The notes: generated by a model from the letters alone, not told the origin. Positions 43,343 to 53,855 are shown, counted from the first letter of the stretch. The stretch: DNA of 64,000 bases from an uncultured Candidatus Saccharibacteria bacterium (GCA_964626415.1 CAZVFH010000001.1:400-64399); one strand, 5' to 3'. Program-made: numbers and translations.

Positions 43343-43732
43343 ATGGTAAAATTGAAAGCCAAACTATTTTTTATCTCAACGATCTTTCTTTTTTCGTTGG
43401 CTTCTTTAATTTTAGCAATTTTTAACTATAATCCGTTTACTGCTGATAAAAGCGTTTTCTATTTATTTTATACCTCATTTTACTTAACCATTACCGGTAT
43501 AATATTTTTTATTCTGATTTTTATCAGATCACGGCTATCCTCCGGATTAAATACTATCATGATTGTTCCGATTTTAAGAATATCCGCATTGATTGGAATC
43601 TGCGCTACATTACTTTTATTGCTTTCAGGCCTAAAGGTTTTAGATATTTGGGTTGCAGTTCCAATTGTATTCGCAATTTTACTCCTTGAATTCTTTTTTA
43701 GATCAAATAAAACAAAAAAATATGAAAAATAA
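43343..43732 (+). CDS. Hypothetical multi-pass membrane protein
   Basis: About 129 aa with 4 hydrophobic helices. Overlaps the pheS start by 11 nt. Confidence 0.45.
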   Translation: MVKLKAKLFFISTIFLFSLASLILAIFNYNPFTADKSVFYLFYTSFYLTITGIIFFILIFIRSRLSSGLNTIMIVPILRISALIGICATLLLLLSGLKVLDIWVAVPIVFAILLLEFFFRSNKTKKYEK

Positions 43733-44405
43733 AGGATCATACCATCCAATTACGAAATTTTTACGCAAATCAATAGAATTTTTTATTGATCTTGGTTTTG
43801 ATGTTTATGAGGGAGTCGAAATCGACAGTGAAAAATATAATTTTGATCTTTTAAACGTTCCTGCTGACCATCCCTCGCGCGATGTCCAAGACACTTTTTG
43901 GCTCACGGATGGCCGTCTTTTGCGCACTCAAACATCAAATGCCCAAGTTCGTTACGGTGAGAATCACAAACCACCAATTAAAGTTGTTTCACCCGGTGTT
44001 TGCTATCGAAACGAAGCAACTGATGCCGGTCATGAAACAACTTTTGTTCAGCTCGAGGGCCTTTATATTGATAAAAATGTTTCACTTGCCCAACTTTACT
44101 GGATTTTAAATCAATTTTATAAACATATTTATGGCAATGATGTCGAAATACGTTTTCGACCTCATCACTTTCCGTATACTGAACCAAGCATAGAATTTGA
44201 AATGAAATTTAACGATCACTGGTTTGAGCTTGGTGGTGCCGGAATGGTTCACCCAAAAGTTATCAAGAATATGGGGATTGATCCAGAAAAGTATTCCGGT
44301 TTTGCCTTTGGGCCGGGAATAGAGCGACCAATAATGATCAAATATGGAATTTCCGACATTAGAATTATGCGCTGTGGTGATCTTAGATTTTTGAAACAAT
44401 TCTAA
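43722..44405 (+). CDS. pheS: Phenylalanine--tRNA ligase alpha subunit (short form, catalytic core only)
   Basis: MKNKGSYHPITKF..DLLNVPADHPSRDVQDTFWL..FRPHHFPYTEPS..GAGMVHP. About 227 aa, lacking the N-terminal coiled-coil arm. Confidence 0.9.
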   Translation: MKNKGSYHPITKFLRKSIEFFIDLGFDVYEGVEIDSEKYNFDLLNVPADHPSRDVQDTFWLTDGRLLRTQTSNAQVRYGENHKPPIKVVSPGVCYRNEATDAGHETTFVQLEGLYIDKNVSLAQLYWILNQFYKHIYGNDVEIRFRPHHFPYTEPSIEFEMKFNDHWFELGGAGMVHPKVIKNMGIDPEKYSGFAFGPGIERPIMIKYGISDIRIMRCGDLRFLKQF

Positions 44406-44470
44406 CTACGCTTTCAACTACACTGATTTTAAGCACTGATTAGACGCTGATAAATACATAAAAATACAAT

Positions 44471-46729
44471 ATGAATATTAAGATTTCTAAAAATTGGCTG
44501 GAAGATTTTATTAGAATTCCATATTCCGACGACGAACTGGCGGAACGGCTTTCTCTTTCCGGAACATTAGTTGAAAAAATTGAAAACCCGTTTAACAACA
44601 TTGTGGTTTCTAAAATCAAAAAAATTTCACTGCACCCCAATGCCGACAAGCTTTCTGTTGTTTCGGTTTTTGATGGACACAAAGAAAGAGTTATTGTTTG
44701 TGGCGCAAAGAATATCGAGGTTGGTCAGATTGTTCCGCTTGCATTACCGGGAGCAATAATTTGCGGAAATGAGATCAAAGAAACAGAAATTAGGGGAGTT
44801 AACTCCTCTGGAATGCTTTGTTCGGCGTATGAACTTGGTATCAGCAACGATCAAAGTGGAATTTTAATTTTAGACGATAGTACTAAAATCGGCGAAAAAT
44901 TATCAAAATATCTCGATGCTGACACGATTTTTGATTTAGAAATTACACCAAACCGCGGTGATTGCTTGTCGCACCTAGGAGTCGCTCGAGAAATTTCCGC
45001 CCTTTTAAAAACTAATTTGAGTAGGAAGCCAATTAACCTTAAAATGACAGGTAAAAAAATCCAATCAATTTTAGATTTAGAGGTCAAGGATGCCGCACTA
45101 TGCCCGACATACGTTGCTAGAGCATTGGAAAATGTCAAAATTTCCGATTCTCCTGAGTGGCTTAAGAAACGCTTAATCTCCTGCGGTATTGAACCAATTA
45201 ACAATGTCGTTGATGTTACAAATTATATTTTACTTGATCTTGGTCAGCCAATGCACGCTTTTGATCTTGAAAAAATTAAAGGTAAAAGAATTATTGTCAG
45301 ATGTGCTAAAAAAAGCGAAAAGATCAGATCTTTTGATGGTACAAATTTAAGACTTGAAAAAAATGATTTGATAATTGCTGACGGCGAAAAACCAATTGCC
45401 ATTGCCGGCATAGTCGGCGGGATTGATTCCGGGATTTCCGAATCAACTACATCAATTGTTTTGGAGGCCGCATCATTTTCTCCAAAATCAGTCAGAGCAA
45501 CATCCAAACGACTTGGAATCAAAACCGATGCTTCGATGAGATTCGAGCGCGGAGTTGACCCAAATCTTGCTCTTTATGCAATAGATAAAGCGGCAAAAAT
45601 GATTTCTGAAATTTCTGGCGCAATTATATTTTCTGGCGTTTTAAAACATAAAGTCGACTCCTCAGAGACAAAAATTAGATTTGAATATGACAAAATTAAC
45701 AACTTACTCGGAACCAAAATTTCTGAAAGTGAAATGATTGAAATTCTGAAACGACTTAATTTCAAGATTGAAAAGAATTTTGTAATTGTCCCTAGCTTTC
45801 GACCCGATGTTACAATCTGGCAGGATTTAGCTGAGGAAATTATTCGATTGCATGGAATCAACAATCTAAAATCTCTAGCGGTTGAAAAAACTAAAACCAC
45901 AAACAACACGGAATATTTTTACAAAGAAATTATTAAAGATATATTCGTCGAATTTGGTTTTTCTGAAAGCTACAATTACTCCTTTATATCTGACAACGAT
46001 TGCGAAATTTTCAATATTGATAAAAAGAATTTAGTTAAAGTAGCAAACCCTTTGGTTCCGGAAAATCACTTTATGCGAAATTCTCTTCTTTTCGGACTTC
46101 TGAAAAATATAGCTAAAAATCCTTCATTTAACAATATTATGATTTTTGAAATTGGAAAAGTATTCAACAAAGCCGGAGAAAAATTTTATTTAGGAGCTAT
46201 TGTTAGCGGCAAAGATGCAACAGAAAACTTAAAAAAAACTGTTGCACAACTAGAAAACCAATTTTCTTTTGAGAAAAAAATTATTGAAATTAATTCTTCA
46301 GATCTTTTGAAATATAAAATTAAAAGAAACAGTATTTCATATTTAGAAATTGATTTGTCTCTCGTTGCAAAATCCTTTGTCGGAAATGCTAATAGCCTTA
46401 AAATTAAAAAAGCAAATTTTGATATTGTCTATCGTGATATTTCAAAATTTCCTTCCGTAGTCCGCGATCTTGCTTTTATTGTCTCGGAAAAGATAAAGTC
46501 AGAGGATGTTGAAAGTGAAATTAAAAAAAATTCAAAATATGTAATAATTTCCGAGCCGTTTGATGAATTTAAATCAGATAAATTTGGAGTAGGCAAAAAG
46601 AATTTAGCTTATCATATTCACTTGCAAGCCGAAGACCGAACTCTAAAAGATACGGAAGCAGAAACCGAGATTAGAAATATCATAAAAAATATTGAAAAAA
46701 TGTTTAATGCAAAATTAAGAAATTATTAG
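44471..46729 (+). CDS. pheT: Phenylalanine--tRNA ligase beta subunit
   Basis: 752 aa. MNIKISKNWLEDFI.. (tRNA-binding OB), B3/4 and B5 regions, and C-terminal anticodon-binding-like domain. Confidence 0.92.
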   Translation: MNIKISKNWLEDFIRIPYSDDELAERLSLSGTLVEKIENPFNNIVVSKIKKISLHPNADKLSVVSVFDGHKERVIVCGAKNIEVGQIVPLALPGAIICGNEIKETEIRGVNSSGMLCSAYELGISNDQSGILILDDSTKIGEKLSKYLDADTIFDLEITPNRGDCLSHLGVAREISALLKTNLSRKPINLKMTGKKIQSILDLEVKDAALCPTYVARALENVKISDSPEWLKKRLISCGIEPINNVVDVTNYILLDLGQPMHAFDLEKIKGKRIIVRCAKKSEKIRSFDGTNLRLEKNDLIIADGEKPIAIAGIVGGIDSGISESTTSIVLEAASFSPKSVRATSKRLGIKTDASMRFERGVDPNLALYAIDKAAKMISEISGAIIFSGVLKHKVDSSETKIRFEYDKINNLLGTKISESEMIEILKRLNFKIEKNFVIVPSFRPDVTIWQDLAEEIIRLHGINNLKSLAVEKTKTTNNTEYFYKEIIKDIFVEFGFSESYNYSFISDNDCEIFNIDKKNLVKVANPLVPENHFMRNSLLFGLLKNIAKNPSFNNIMIFEIGKVFNKAGEKFYLGAIVSGKDATENLKKTVAQLENQFSFEKKIIEINSSDLLKYKIKRNSISYLEIDLSLVAKSFVGNANSLKIKKANFDIVYRDISKFPSVVRDLAFIVSEKIKSEDVESEIKKNSKYVIISEPFDEFKSDKFGVGKKNLAYHIHLQAEDRTLKDTEAETEIRNIIKNIEKMFNAKLRNY

Positions 46730-46737
46730 AGGTAACT

Positions 46738-48171
46738 ATGGAAAGAGTAATGTCTGTCAAAACTAAAGAATTCGTCGGAAAGAAAATTTCCGTATCCGGC
46801 TGGATTCACACCAGACGAGATCACGGAAAATTGATATTTTTTGATTTGCGTGATCGATCTGGACTTTTGCAAATTGTTGTTTTGCCAAATTCGAATTGTT
46901 ATGAAGTTGCTCAAAAATTGCGTCCGGAATGGGTGGTTGAAATTACAGGCGCAATTTCCAAGCGTCCGGAAAAATTAATAAATAAAAATCTCGAAAGCGG
47001 CGAGGTTGAACTTTGCGCCGATGAAATTGTTGTTTTAAACGAAGCAAAAACTCCGCCATTTGAAATTGATAAAAATACAAAAAATGTTGAGGAAGAACTT
47101 CGGCTAAAGTATCGTTATTTGGATTTACGGTCGGAAAGAATGGCAAAAAACATAACTTTGCGCCATGAAATTGTTAAATTTATTCGTGAATTTTTATATG
47201 CCCGCGATTTTCGAGAAATTGAAACGCCGTATTTAACAAAATCAACACCTGAAGGCGCACGCGAGTATATTGTGCCATCGCGCCTTTACCCCGGCGACTT
47301 TTATGTCCTACCTCAAAGCCCGCAACAATTCAAACAACTTCTGATGGTCGGCGGAATTGAAAGATATTTTCAAATTGCCCGCTGTTTTCGCGACGAGGAT
47401 CAAAGAGGCGATCGCCAGCCGGAATTTACTCAACTTGACTTGGAAATGTCTTTTGTTGAACAAGAAGATATTTTATCACTTGTTGAAGAGATGATGATTG
47501 GACTGGTAAAAAATTGCACACCAGAAAATAAAATTACATCAACTCCATTTCCACGAATAAAATTTGCTGACTCAATAGATAAATATCAAACGGACAAACC
47601 AGACCTTCGAAAAAACAAAAATGACAAAAACGAATTGTCTTTTTGCTGGATTATTGATCCGCCACTTTTCAAATATTCAAAATCGGAAAAGAAATTAGTT
47701 TCAACTCATCATCCTTTTACTTTTCCAAACTTGGAGGACATGATAAATTTAGACAAAGAACCAGATAAAGTTCGAGCTCTTGGGTATGATTTAGTTTTAA
47801 ATGGATTTGAAATTGCTGGTGGCTCAATCAGAATTCACATTCGAGAATTACAAGATAAGATTTTTAACCTACTTGGTGTTTCAGAAGATGAAAAACATCG
47901 TCGTTTTGGACATATGCTTGAAGCATTTGAATATGGTGCTCCGCCCCATGGCGGAATCGCCCCGGGAATTGACCGAATTGCAGCGATTTTAGCCGGTGAA
48001 GATGTGATTCGCGAAGCAATCGCTTTTCCGAAAACCGGTGATGCCAGAGATGTGATGATGGGAGCGCCATCTGCCGTTTCCGAAAAACAACTTTCTGATG
48101 TCCACATTAAACTTACCGATGACGCAAAAGGTAAAGCACTAAAAGAGACAGAAACCCAAACAAATGAATAA
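46738..48171 (+). CDS. aspS: Aspartate--tRNA ligase, bacterial-type sequence lacking the GAD insertion domain
   Basis: 477 aa. ..GWIHTRRDHGKLIFFDLRD.., motif 2 FRDEDQRGDRQPEFTQLD, ..DKPDLRKNKNDKNELSFCWIIDPPLF.., motif 3 GIAPGIDR. Confidence 0.9.
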   Translation: MERVMSVKTKEFVGKKISVSGWIHTRRDHGKLIFFDLRDRSGLLQIVVLPNSNCYEVAQKLRPEWVVEITGAISKRPEKLINKNLESGEVELCADEIVVLNEAKTPPFEIDKNTKNVEEELRLKYRYLDLRSERMAKNITLRHEIVKFIREFLYARDFREIETPYLTKSTPEGAREYIVPSRLYPGDFYVLPQSPQQFKQLLMVGGIERYFQIARCFRDEDQRGDRQPEFTQLDLEMSFVEQEDILSLVEEMMIGLVKNCTPENKITSTPFPRIKFADSIDKYQTDKPDLRKNKNDKNELSFCWIIDPPLFKYSKSEKKLVSTHHPFTFPNLEDMINLDKEPDKVRALGYDLVLNGFEIAGGSIRIHIRELQDKIFNLLGVSEDEKHRRFGHMLEAFEYGAPPHGGIAPGIDRIAAILAGEDVIREAIAFPKTGDARDVMMGAPSAVSEKQLSDVHIKLTDDAKGKALKETETQTNE

Positions 48172-48862
48172 GATACGTCTTAATAAATATCTTTCCTCTG
48201 CCGGAATTTCATCACGGAGAAAAGCTGATGATCTTATTGTAAGTGGAAGAGTTTTAGTCAATAATTGTGTTGCAAAAGTCGGCGAGGTTATAAATTCTGA
48301 CATTGATGAAATTTTAGTTGATAGAAAAAAAATTACTGCTAATGTCAAAAAACATTATTTTGCTTTTTACAAACCAAAAGGGATTATTACTTCACTAACC
48401 GACAAACAGGGAATTGGGATCAAAAAATTTCTGCCAAAAAATTTGTCGATTTTTCCGGTTGGCCGCTTGGATAAATATTCCGAAGGGCTTTTAATCCTGA
48501 CTGATGATGGCGATTTTGCGCAAGAAATTTCAGATCCGAAAAAAGAAAAAGAGAAGATTTATCATTTGACTTTTTCCGGAAAACCAAATCGGATTGGCAA
48601 AGAGGGGATAATTAGGATTTTTCAAAATGGTATTCGACATCGCGGAGAAATCTACAAAGCTAAGTCAGTAAAATTTATTGAAAACAATTTAATCGAGATT
48701 ATCTTAACTGAAGGGAAAAACCGGCAGATTCGAATCATCACTGGCAAAATCGGCCTTTCAATTGAAAAATTAATACGGGTAAAAATTGGTAAATTAAGTT
48801 TGTTCGATTTAAAATTGTCTCCCGGAAAAATTGTCAAAATTAATAAATCAGATATTATATGA
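48164..48862 (+). CDS. Pseudouridine synthase, RsuA/RluB/RluF family
   Basis: S4 domain LNKYLSSAGISSRRKADDLI and catalytic GRLDKYSEGLLILTDDG. Confidence 0.88.
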   Translation: MNKIRLNKYLSSAGISSRRKADDLIVSGRVLVNNCVAKVGEVINSDIDEILVDRKKITANVKKHYFAFYKPKGIITSLTDKQGIGIKKFLPKNLSIFPVGRLDKYSEGLLILTDDGDFAQEISDPKKEKEKIYHLTFSGKPNRIGKEGIIRIFQNGIRHRGEIYKAKSVKFIENNLIEIILTEGKNRQIRIITGKIGLSIEKLIRVKIGKLSLFDLKLSPGKIVKINKSDII

Positions 48863-49812
48863 TTGAAAAACCACTTATTATTGTTTCTCTTGTTACGTCA
48901 TTTTTTGGTTTTTCGGCCGAAAATTACAACCAAAAAATTGCCGACTTTTATAACCGTGACAGCTACTCTAAGGCCGAAGCCGAGTCGATTGGTCCCGCTC
49001 CGCCTGAATTACAAAATTTACCAATTGTTTCATCTGCAACAAAACCGGCAATAAATGCTAAATTCTATGCTCTAATTGACTACGAGACAGGAGCAGCGTT
49101 GATAGAAAAGAAATCAACTGAAAAAACTCCCATTGCTTCAACGACAAAAATTATGACGGCAATTGTTGCACTTGAAAATTATAATTTAGATGATGTTGTG
49201 ACAATTTCGGAAAAAGCAGCGTATCAACCTGGCGCCGATGCTTATTTGCGCGTCGGAGAAAAAATTACCGTTTCAGAGCTCCTACATTGTATGTTAATTA
49301 AGTCAGGCAATGATTCTGCTTATGCGCTGGCCGAGTTTATGGATAAATCGGACATACCAACAATCGAATCATTTGTTGATAAGATGAACATAAAAGCCGA
49401 AGAGTTTGGCCTTTCTAACAGCAATTTTCGTGATCCGGCAGGCCTTGATGTTTCTGGTTATTCAACTGCCGCAGATATGGCGCAAATCACTCGTTATGCT
49501 TTACAAAACGCAACTTTTCGTAAAATTGTTAGCACCTCTGACTACGTTGCCACAAGTGTTGACAAAACAGCATATCATCAGTTACATAACTCAAATCGTC
49601 TTGTAGCCGAATATCAATATCCCGGAGCAATCGGCGTCAAAACCGGCTTTATGCCCGAAGCAAGCCACTCTTTGGTTGGTGCCGCCACAAGGAATGGTCA
49701 CACATTAATTGCCGCGGTATATTACACTTATGCCGACACAGCAACCGCCTCCGCCGACGAAACAAAAAAACTCCTCGATTGGGGATTTGAATACACAAAA
49801 TGGGATGATTAA
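48859..49812 (+). CDS. D-alanyl-D-alanine carboxypeptidase (S11, PBP5/6-like)
   Basis: SxxK in IASTTKIMTA, SxN in KSGNDSA, and KTG in GVKTGF. Confidence 0.85.
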   Translation: MIEKPLIIVSLVTSFFGFSAENYNQKIADFYNRDSYSKAEAESIGPAPPELQNLPIVSSATKPAINAKFYALIDYETGAALIEKKSTEKTPIASTTKIMTAIVALENYNLDDVVTISEKAAYQPGADAYLRVGEKITVSELLHCMLIKSGNDSAYALAEFMDKSDIPTIESFVDKMNIKAEEFGLSNSNFRDPAGLDVSGYSTAADMAQITRYALQNATFRKIVSTSDYVATSVDKTAYHQLHNSNRLVAEYQYPGAIGVKTGFMPEASHSLVGAATRNGHTLIAAVYYTYADTATASADETKKLLDWGFEYTKWDD

Positions 49813-49835
49813 TTTATTATCTATCATAATATTCA

Positions 49836-49871
49836 GACATAGATTATCGTCGATCGACGCAAATCTATGTC
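49836..49871. terminator. Hairpin between the convergent dac-like and rnc genes (GACATAGATT..AATCTATGTC with inner palindrome CGTCGATCGACG)
   Basis: 10-bp outer stem plus a 12-nt perfect inner palindrome, read directly. No clear T-run. Confidence 0.45.
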
Positions 49872-49904
49872 AAAATGTGAGTATTTACTGTTTTTAGAGT
49901 TTTG

Positions 49905-50597
49905 TCAATCTGTTTCGATAACTTTCAACGCCTCAGCGGCGGCGGCGATTTGCGCCCGCTGTTTTGAATTCCCTTCGCCTTCGGCGATTTTTTTCTCGCC
50001 AATGAGAACACAAACAACAAATTTTTTATTGTGGTCCGGACCGGTTTCGGAAATTGTTTCATAGGCCGGAGTAACGGAAAACTTTTCTTGAACTAATTCC
50101 TGAAAGCGGCTTTTGGCATCAATGTGATTTTCGCCATCTAGAACATCAGAAAGTTTATAAATAATATGATCCTCGACAAATTTTTTTGCAGTATCATATC
50201 CTTGATCTAAATAAATTGCCCCAATTAAGGCCTCGAAAGTGTTGGCAAGAATTAAATCCCGGGCTTTACCGGTATTTTTTGCCTCGCCCCGACTAACGCA
50301 AAGGTATTCTTCTATCCCAATTCTTTTCGCTTCAGCTGACAATGATTCGCCTTTGACAAGAGCACTGCGCCAAGAAGTCATTTCGCCCTCGGGGCGGTCG
50401 AAATTGTTATATAGATTCTCAGTAACAGCAAGTTCAAGAACAGCATCACCCAAAAATTCCAGGCGTTCATTTTGTTCAAGGCCGGAGTTGCGATGTTCGT
50501 TAATATAAGAACGATGAATAAAAACCTGTTCTAAAAGTTTTTCGTCAACAAATTCTAGATCATTATCTTTGGCAAATTTTTTAAAATCATTAGACAT
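49905..50597 (-). CDS. rnc: Ribonuclease III
   Basis: NERLEFLGDAVLEL signature and C-terminal dsRBD. Confidence 0.95.
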   Translation of the reverse strand: MSNDFKKFAKDNDLEFVDEKLLEQVFIHRSYINEHRNSGLEQNERLEFLGDAVLELAVTENLYNNFDRPEGEMTSWRSALVKGESLSAEAKRIGIEEYLCVSRGEAKNTGKARDLILANTFEALIGAIYLDQGYDTAKKFVEDHIIYKLSDVLDGENHIDAKSRFQELVQEKFSVTPAYETISETGPDHNKKFVVCVLIGEKKIAEGEGNSKQRAQIAAAAEALKVIETD

Positions 50598-50602
50598 TTT
50601 TT

Positions 50603-51022
50603 TTATTTCTTTAATATTTCTTTTTCATGATTGTCATAAATAGTTCCAAGCACACCATTAATAAATTTTGAGGAGTTATCATTACCGAACTGCTTTGCCA
50701 GTTCTACCGCCTCATTGATCGCAACTTTCGGCGGAATTTCACCTTGGAATAATAGTTCATATATTGCAACTTCCAATATTGATTTATCAATAAAAGAGAT
50801 TTGTTCAATTGGCCACTCCGAAGCAGCATCGGCAATTTCTTTATCCAGCATTTCTTGTTTTTCAACAATGCCTTTTATTGATGAAATTATATAATCTTTA
50901 TCAACATCGTTGGCAAACTCAGCAACTGACCTTTCAATTACTTCCGAGAGATCGGAATCAGGGCGAAAGTTGATTTCAAAAATCGCTTGCATTGTTACCA
51001 TTCGAGAAAGATGACGGTTCAT
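50603..51022 (-). CDS. nusB: Transcription antitermination factor NusB
   Basis: 139 aa. [16 protein letters not shown].. ..[23 protein letters not shown]. Confidence 0.88.
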   Translation of the reverse strand: MNRHLSRMVTMQAIFEINFRPDSDLSEVIERSVAEFANDVDKDYIISSIKGIVEKQEMLDKEIADAASEWPIEQISFIDKSILEVAIYELLFQGEIPPKVAINEAVELAKQFGNDNSSKFINGVLGTIYDNHEKEILKK

Positions 51023-51068
51023 GGCAAGTTAAAAGTTAAAAGTAAAAAGTGAAAAGTTCAAGGAATAT

Positions 51069-51287
51069 TTATTCGGATTTATTATCCGCTAATTCCGCGA
51101 CTGGTTTTTCATCAGAAAGTGTTAGGACTTTTTTCCCTCGGTATTCGCCGCAATTTTTGCAAACATTGTGTCGCAAAACCGCTTCGTGACATTTTGGACA
51201 ATAAATAAAATTAGGCACATCTATTTTAATTTGATGCCTTCTTCTTCTGGTTCTGCTTTTTGATAATTTCTTTTTTGGTTCGGCCAT
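51069..51287 (-). CDS. rpmF: 50S ribosomal protein L32
   Basis: MAEPKKKLSKSRTRRRR.. with CPKC..CKNC zinc ribbon. Confidence 0.9.
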   Translation of the reverse strand: MAEPKKKLSKSRTRRRRHQIKIDVPNFIYCPKCHEAVLRHNVCKNCGEYRGKKVLTLSDEKPVAELADNKSE

Positions 51288-51373
51288 TTTGAAAATTTAA
51301 AGTTTAAAAATCAAAATTAAAAATTATGGAATTTACTATTATAGTTTCTCACAAATTTCGATATAAATCAAGT

Positions 51374-53746
51374 TCAAACGACGATGCTAATGATTTTATT
51401 TTTGACATAAATTACTTTTTTTGGGACTGACCCTGCTAAATTTGCTTTAATTTTTTTCGCTTCCAATGCCAGTTTTTTTACCTCGTCATCAGTCAAATCC
51501 GATGAAATATAAATTCGATCGCGAACTTTACCATTTATCTGAATCGGGATTTCAATTTTTTCGATTGATAAATATTTATCATCAGCTACCGGCCAGCAAT
51601 TGATTAAAATTTTAAGCTTTGAGGAGATTTTATCAGTGACAATTGGCGCGAAAGGGGAGAGCAAAGATAAAAATTTTTCGGTAGACAGTTTGCTCCAGCT
51701 ATTTTTATCGATTGCAGAAAAACATTCAATCATCGATGAAATAGCAGTATTGAAGTTAAACGATTCGATATCCTCGGTGACTTTTTTAATCGTTTTATTG
51801 ATTATCGAAAGCGAGACATTGTCATCATCGCCAAATTTTATTGTTGAAAATTCTTTTTCAACTTTGGTTAAAAACCGATGCATGCCAACAATTCCGTTTT
51901 GGTTCCACTTTGCCATTTGCGAAAAAGGGCCAATATAGAGTTCGTACATTTTAAAAGCATCGGAGCCGTATTTGGAAATTAACAAATCGGGACTAATAAC
52001 ATTGCCACGCGATTTTGACATCTTTTGTCCATCAATTCCAAGAATTGTGCCGACAGATATTAATTTTTGAAATGGCTCTTTTGATGCAACCATTTTCTCA
52101 TCATAAAGAACCTTGTGCCAAAATCTGGCATAAAGTAGATGAAGTACTGCGTGCTCGGCGCCACCGACATAAAGATCGACCGGAAGCCATTGATCAATGC
52201 TCGCTTTATCCCATTGATACTTATTCCCATTTTTCATTAAATAGGCGATGTAGTACCAACAAGAGCCGGCCCATTGCGGCATGGTGTTTGTCTCCCGTTT
52301 GCCGATTTCGCCACATTTTGGACAGGGTGAGTAAAGCCACTTCTTTATTCCCGAGTCGGACTCATTTGCAAGGGGAGAGTTTCCATCACCAGTTGGTTCG
52401 TAATTTTTCACATATGGCAGAATAACCGGCAGATCTTTTTCTGGAACAGGAACAATTCCCTGCCCTGATGGCTCTCGAAGGGCACATTTAGGACAGTGAA
52501 TTATTGGAATTGGTTCGCCCCAATACCTTTGCCTTGAAAAAATCCAATCACGAAGTTTATAATTGATTGCAAAATCTCCGGCATTTTCTGATTTCAATTT
52601 TTCAGTGATTTTTTTCATCGCTGTTTTCGAATCAAGTCCATCAAATTCACTCGAATTAATCAGATATCCATAATCGGTAAACGCATTTTCTAAATTTTTG
52701 AATTTTGAATTGTCATTTTGATTTTTGCATTTTGATTTTTGAATTACTTCTATAATTTCGATCTCATATTTTTTTGCAAATTCAAAATCACGCTCATCGT
52801 GGGCCGGTACAGCCATTACTGCGCCAGTGCCGTAATTTGCTAGAACATAATCAGCAACCCAAACCGAAACTTCTTTGCCATTTATTGGATTTATTGCTTT
52901 AACACCTTTAAGTTCGACACCGGTTTTCTCTTTTTGAATTTTCGTTCGCTCGAGGTCTGATTTTTTCTTCGAATTATTGATATATTTTTCAACTTCGCCT
53001 AAATTAGAAATTGAATTTTTTATTTCATCCATGTATTTGCTATCGGGTGCAATGACCAAGTATGTACAACCAAACAATGTATCAGCCCGAGTGGTAAAAA
53101 CATTTATACATAATTCTGTATTCTTTATTCGAAATTCTATTTCTGACCCTTCCGACCGCCCGATCCAATTTTTCTGCATTTCTTTGATTGGTTCTGGCCA
53201 ATCGAGACCATCAAGATCAGAAAGTAGGCGATCGGCATAGTCAGTTATTTTTAAAACCCACTGGCGAATTTTTTTTCGTTCGATTTCAGTTCCACAACGC
53301 TCACATTTTCCCGCGACTACTTCCTCATTTGCAAGCCCAGTTTTACACGAAGGACAAAAATTAATCGGGGTATTGGATTCATAAGCAAGGCCTCGTTTGA
53401 AAAGTTTTAAAAAGATAAGTTGGGTAAATTTGTAGTAATTTGGATCAGTGGTATTAATTTCCTTATCCCAATCATAAGAAAAATCAAAACTTTCGAGTTG
53501 CTTTTTGAATTTAGTGATATTTTCTTTGACGATTTCTTGCGGATGAGTTTTATTTAAAATAGCATAATTTTCCGCCGGTAAGCCAAAAGCATCCCAACCC
53601 ATCGGGTGAAGGACTTCAAAACCATTTAGTCGTTTATACCTAGAATAAACATCGGTTGCAGTGTAGCCGCGGGGATGACCGACATGCAAACCGGCTCCCG
53701 ACGGGTAAGGGAACATATCAAGACAATAAAATTTTTTCTTTTCCAT
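51374..53746 (-). CDS. leuS: Leucine--tRNA ligase
   Basis: 790 aa. HVGH (HIGH) in PYPSGAGLHVGHPRGY, CP1 editing domain, and KMSKS in QKMSKSRGN. Confidence 0.97.
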   Translation of the reverse strand: MEKKKFYCLDMFPYPSGAGLHVGHPRGYTATDVYSRYKRLNGFEVLHPMGWDAFGLPAENYAILNKTHPQEIVKENITKFKKQLESFDFSYDWDKEINTTDPNYYKFTQLIFLKLFKRGLAYESNTPINFCPSCKTGLANEEVVAGKCERCGTEIERKKIRQWVLKITDYADRLLSDLDGLDWPEPIKEMQKNWIGRSEGSEIEFRIKNTELCINVFTTRADTLFGCTYLVIAPDSKYMDEIKNSISNLGEVEKYINNSKKKSDLERTKIQKEKTGVELKGVKAINPINGKEVSVWVADYVLANYGTGAVMAVPAHDERDFEFAKKYEIEIIEVIQKSKCKNQNDNSKFKNLENAFTDYGYLINSSEFDGLDSKTAMKKITEKLKSENAGDFAINYKLRDWIFSRQRYWGEPIPIIHCPKCALREPSGQGIVPVPEKDLPVILPYVKNYEPTGDGNSPLANESDSGIKKWLYSPCPKCGEIGKRETNTMPQWAGSCWYYIAYLMKNGNKYQWDKASIDQWLPVDLYVGGAEHAVLHLLYARFWHKVLYDEKMVASKEPFQKLISVGTILGIDGQKMSKSRGNVISPDLLISKYGSDAFKMYELYIGPFSQMAKWNQNGIVGMHRFLTKVEKEFSTIKFGDDDNVSLSIINKTIKKVTEDIESFNFNTAISSMIECFSAIDKNSWSKLSTEKFLSLLSPFAPIVTDKISSKLKILINCWPVADDKYLSIEKIEIPIQINGKVRDRIYISSDLTDDEVKKLALEAKKIKANLAGSVPKKVIYVKNKIISIVV

Positions 53747-53855
53747 GCTTTAATATTAACAAAAAAAACCTGCAATCGCAAGAATAAATAATGTAAAAAA
53801 CAAAACACACTAAAATATACGGGATGTTTTTTAGAACAAGCGATTAATCTTTCTA

